Positions 63,607-64,000 of a DNA stretch of 64,000 nt are shown here, in pieces. The stretch lies in the IMG/VR virus record IMGVR_UViG_3300028833_005988, positions 16,004 through 80,003 of that record; one strand, written 5' to 3'. The position numbers were made by a program, and so were the translations under genes. The notes below the pieces were generated by a model. The model worked only from the letters and a program-made list of their open reading frames with translations. It was not told the DNA's origin and did not search any database. The DNA is from a virus. Taxonomy: Duplodnaviria > Caudoviricetes. Each line of letters begins with the position of its first letter. Positions within the stretch are counted from its first letter, which is position 1.

Positions 63607-64000
63607 CAACAATAGAGACAATAGGAATAAATCGGTTTATGCTGCAGACAAAGTATGGTAGTGTCACCTGCACAAATGTGTTTTTTCAGGCAAGTGCAAA
63701 ATTCCTCTCTTTCAGCCGGTTTTGAATCATCATTTGGAGCAAGCTGAAAAAAGAGCGCAAAAGAAGCCGGAGCCTCTTCCGCAGGTTCATGTAAATCACA
63801 ATGGAATGGATCATCGCTTCGCTGGTTTCCTTCAGCTTGGTAACAATGCAATCCAGTGAATAGCGGCGTTTTCCAACGCCGAAGTGCCTTTCGATTTCTC
63901 CCCGTTCTCCGGATTCCAGCCATTCCAGTTTCTTGTGTTTCCTGGCTTCTTCCGGATCTGTAAAGGGCTTCCCGAGCTTGGGACCGTTCAGATGGATTCC

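Overview
Bacillota (Clostridia-like) window with two parts. Part 1 (1-19 kb) is an accessory region: a ComEC-like hydrolase, three ECF sigma factors with anti-sigma-like partners, three repeats of a convergent pair of secreted proteins, a ~350-nt leader present in three copies, two back-to-back ORF-less group II introns and an IS1182. Part 2 (~20.3-63.6 kb) is a large phage/ICE-like element ending in a large serine recombinase. It has a run of small early-type genes (ArdC, DUF2958, Gp88-like, a HipA-like pair, a tyrosine recombinase, HU) and a complete replication/nucleotide operon. Two observations stand out. (a) The replication operon (48.8-61.8 kb) appears to use TAG as Leu: at least 27 in-frame TAG codons interrupt 12 otherwise intact genes, mostly at positions where the family motif calls for Leu, and the operon encodes a Leu-type tRNA with a CUA anticodon (56498-56582). 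(b) A reverse transcriptase (23694-24932) is followed by a ~1.85-kb non-coding array of ten short conserved motifs, with a second motif and a long, unit-specific hairpin between successive copies. Also noted: a type I hammerhead ribozyme and a ribosomal protein S17 domain fusion. No virion or conjugation genes are recognisable here, so the element type and left boundary are unresolved. Protein family calls come from motif recognition by eye, not database searches.
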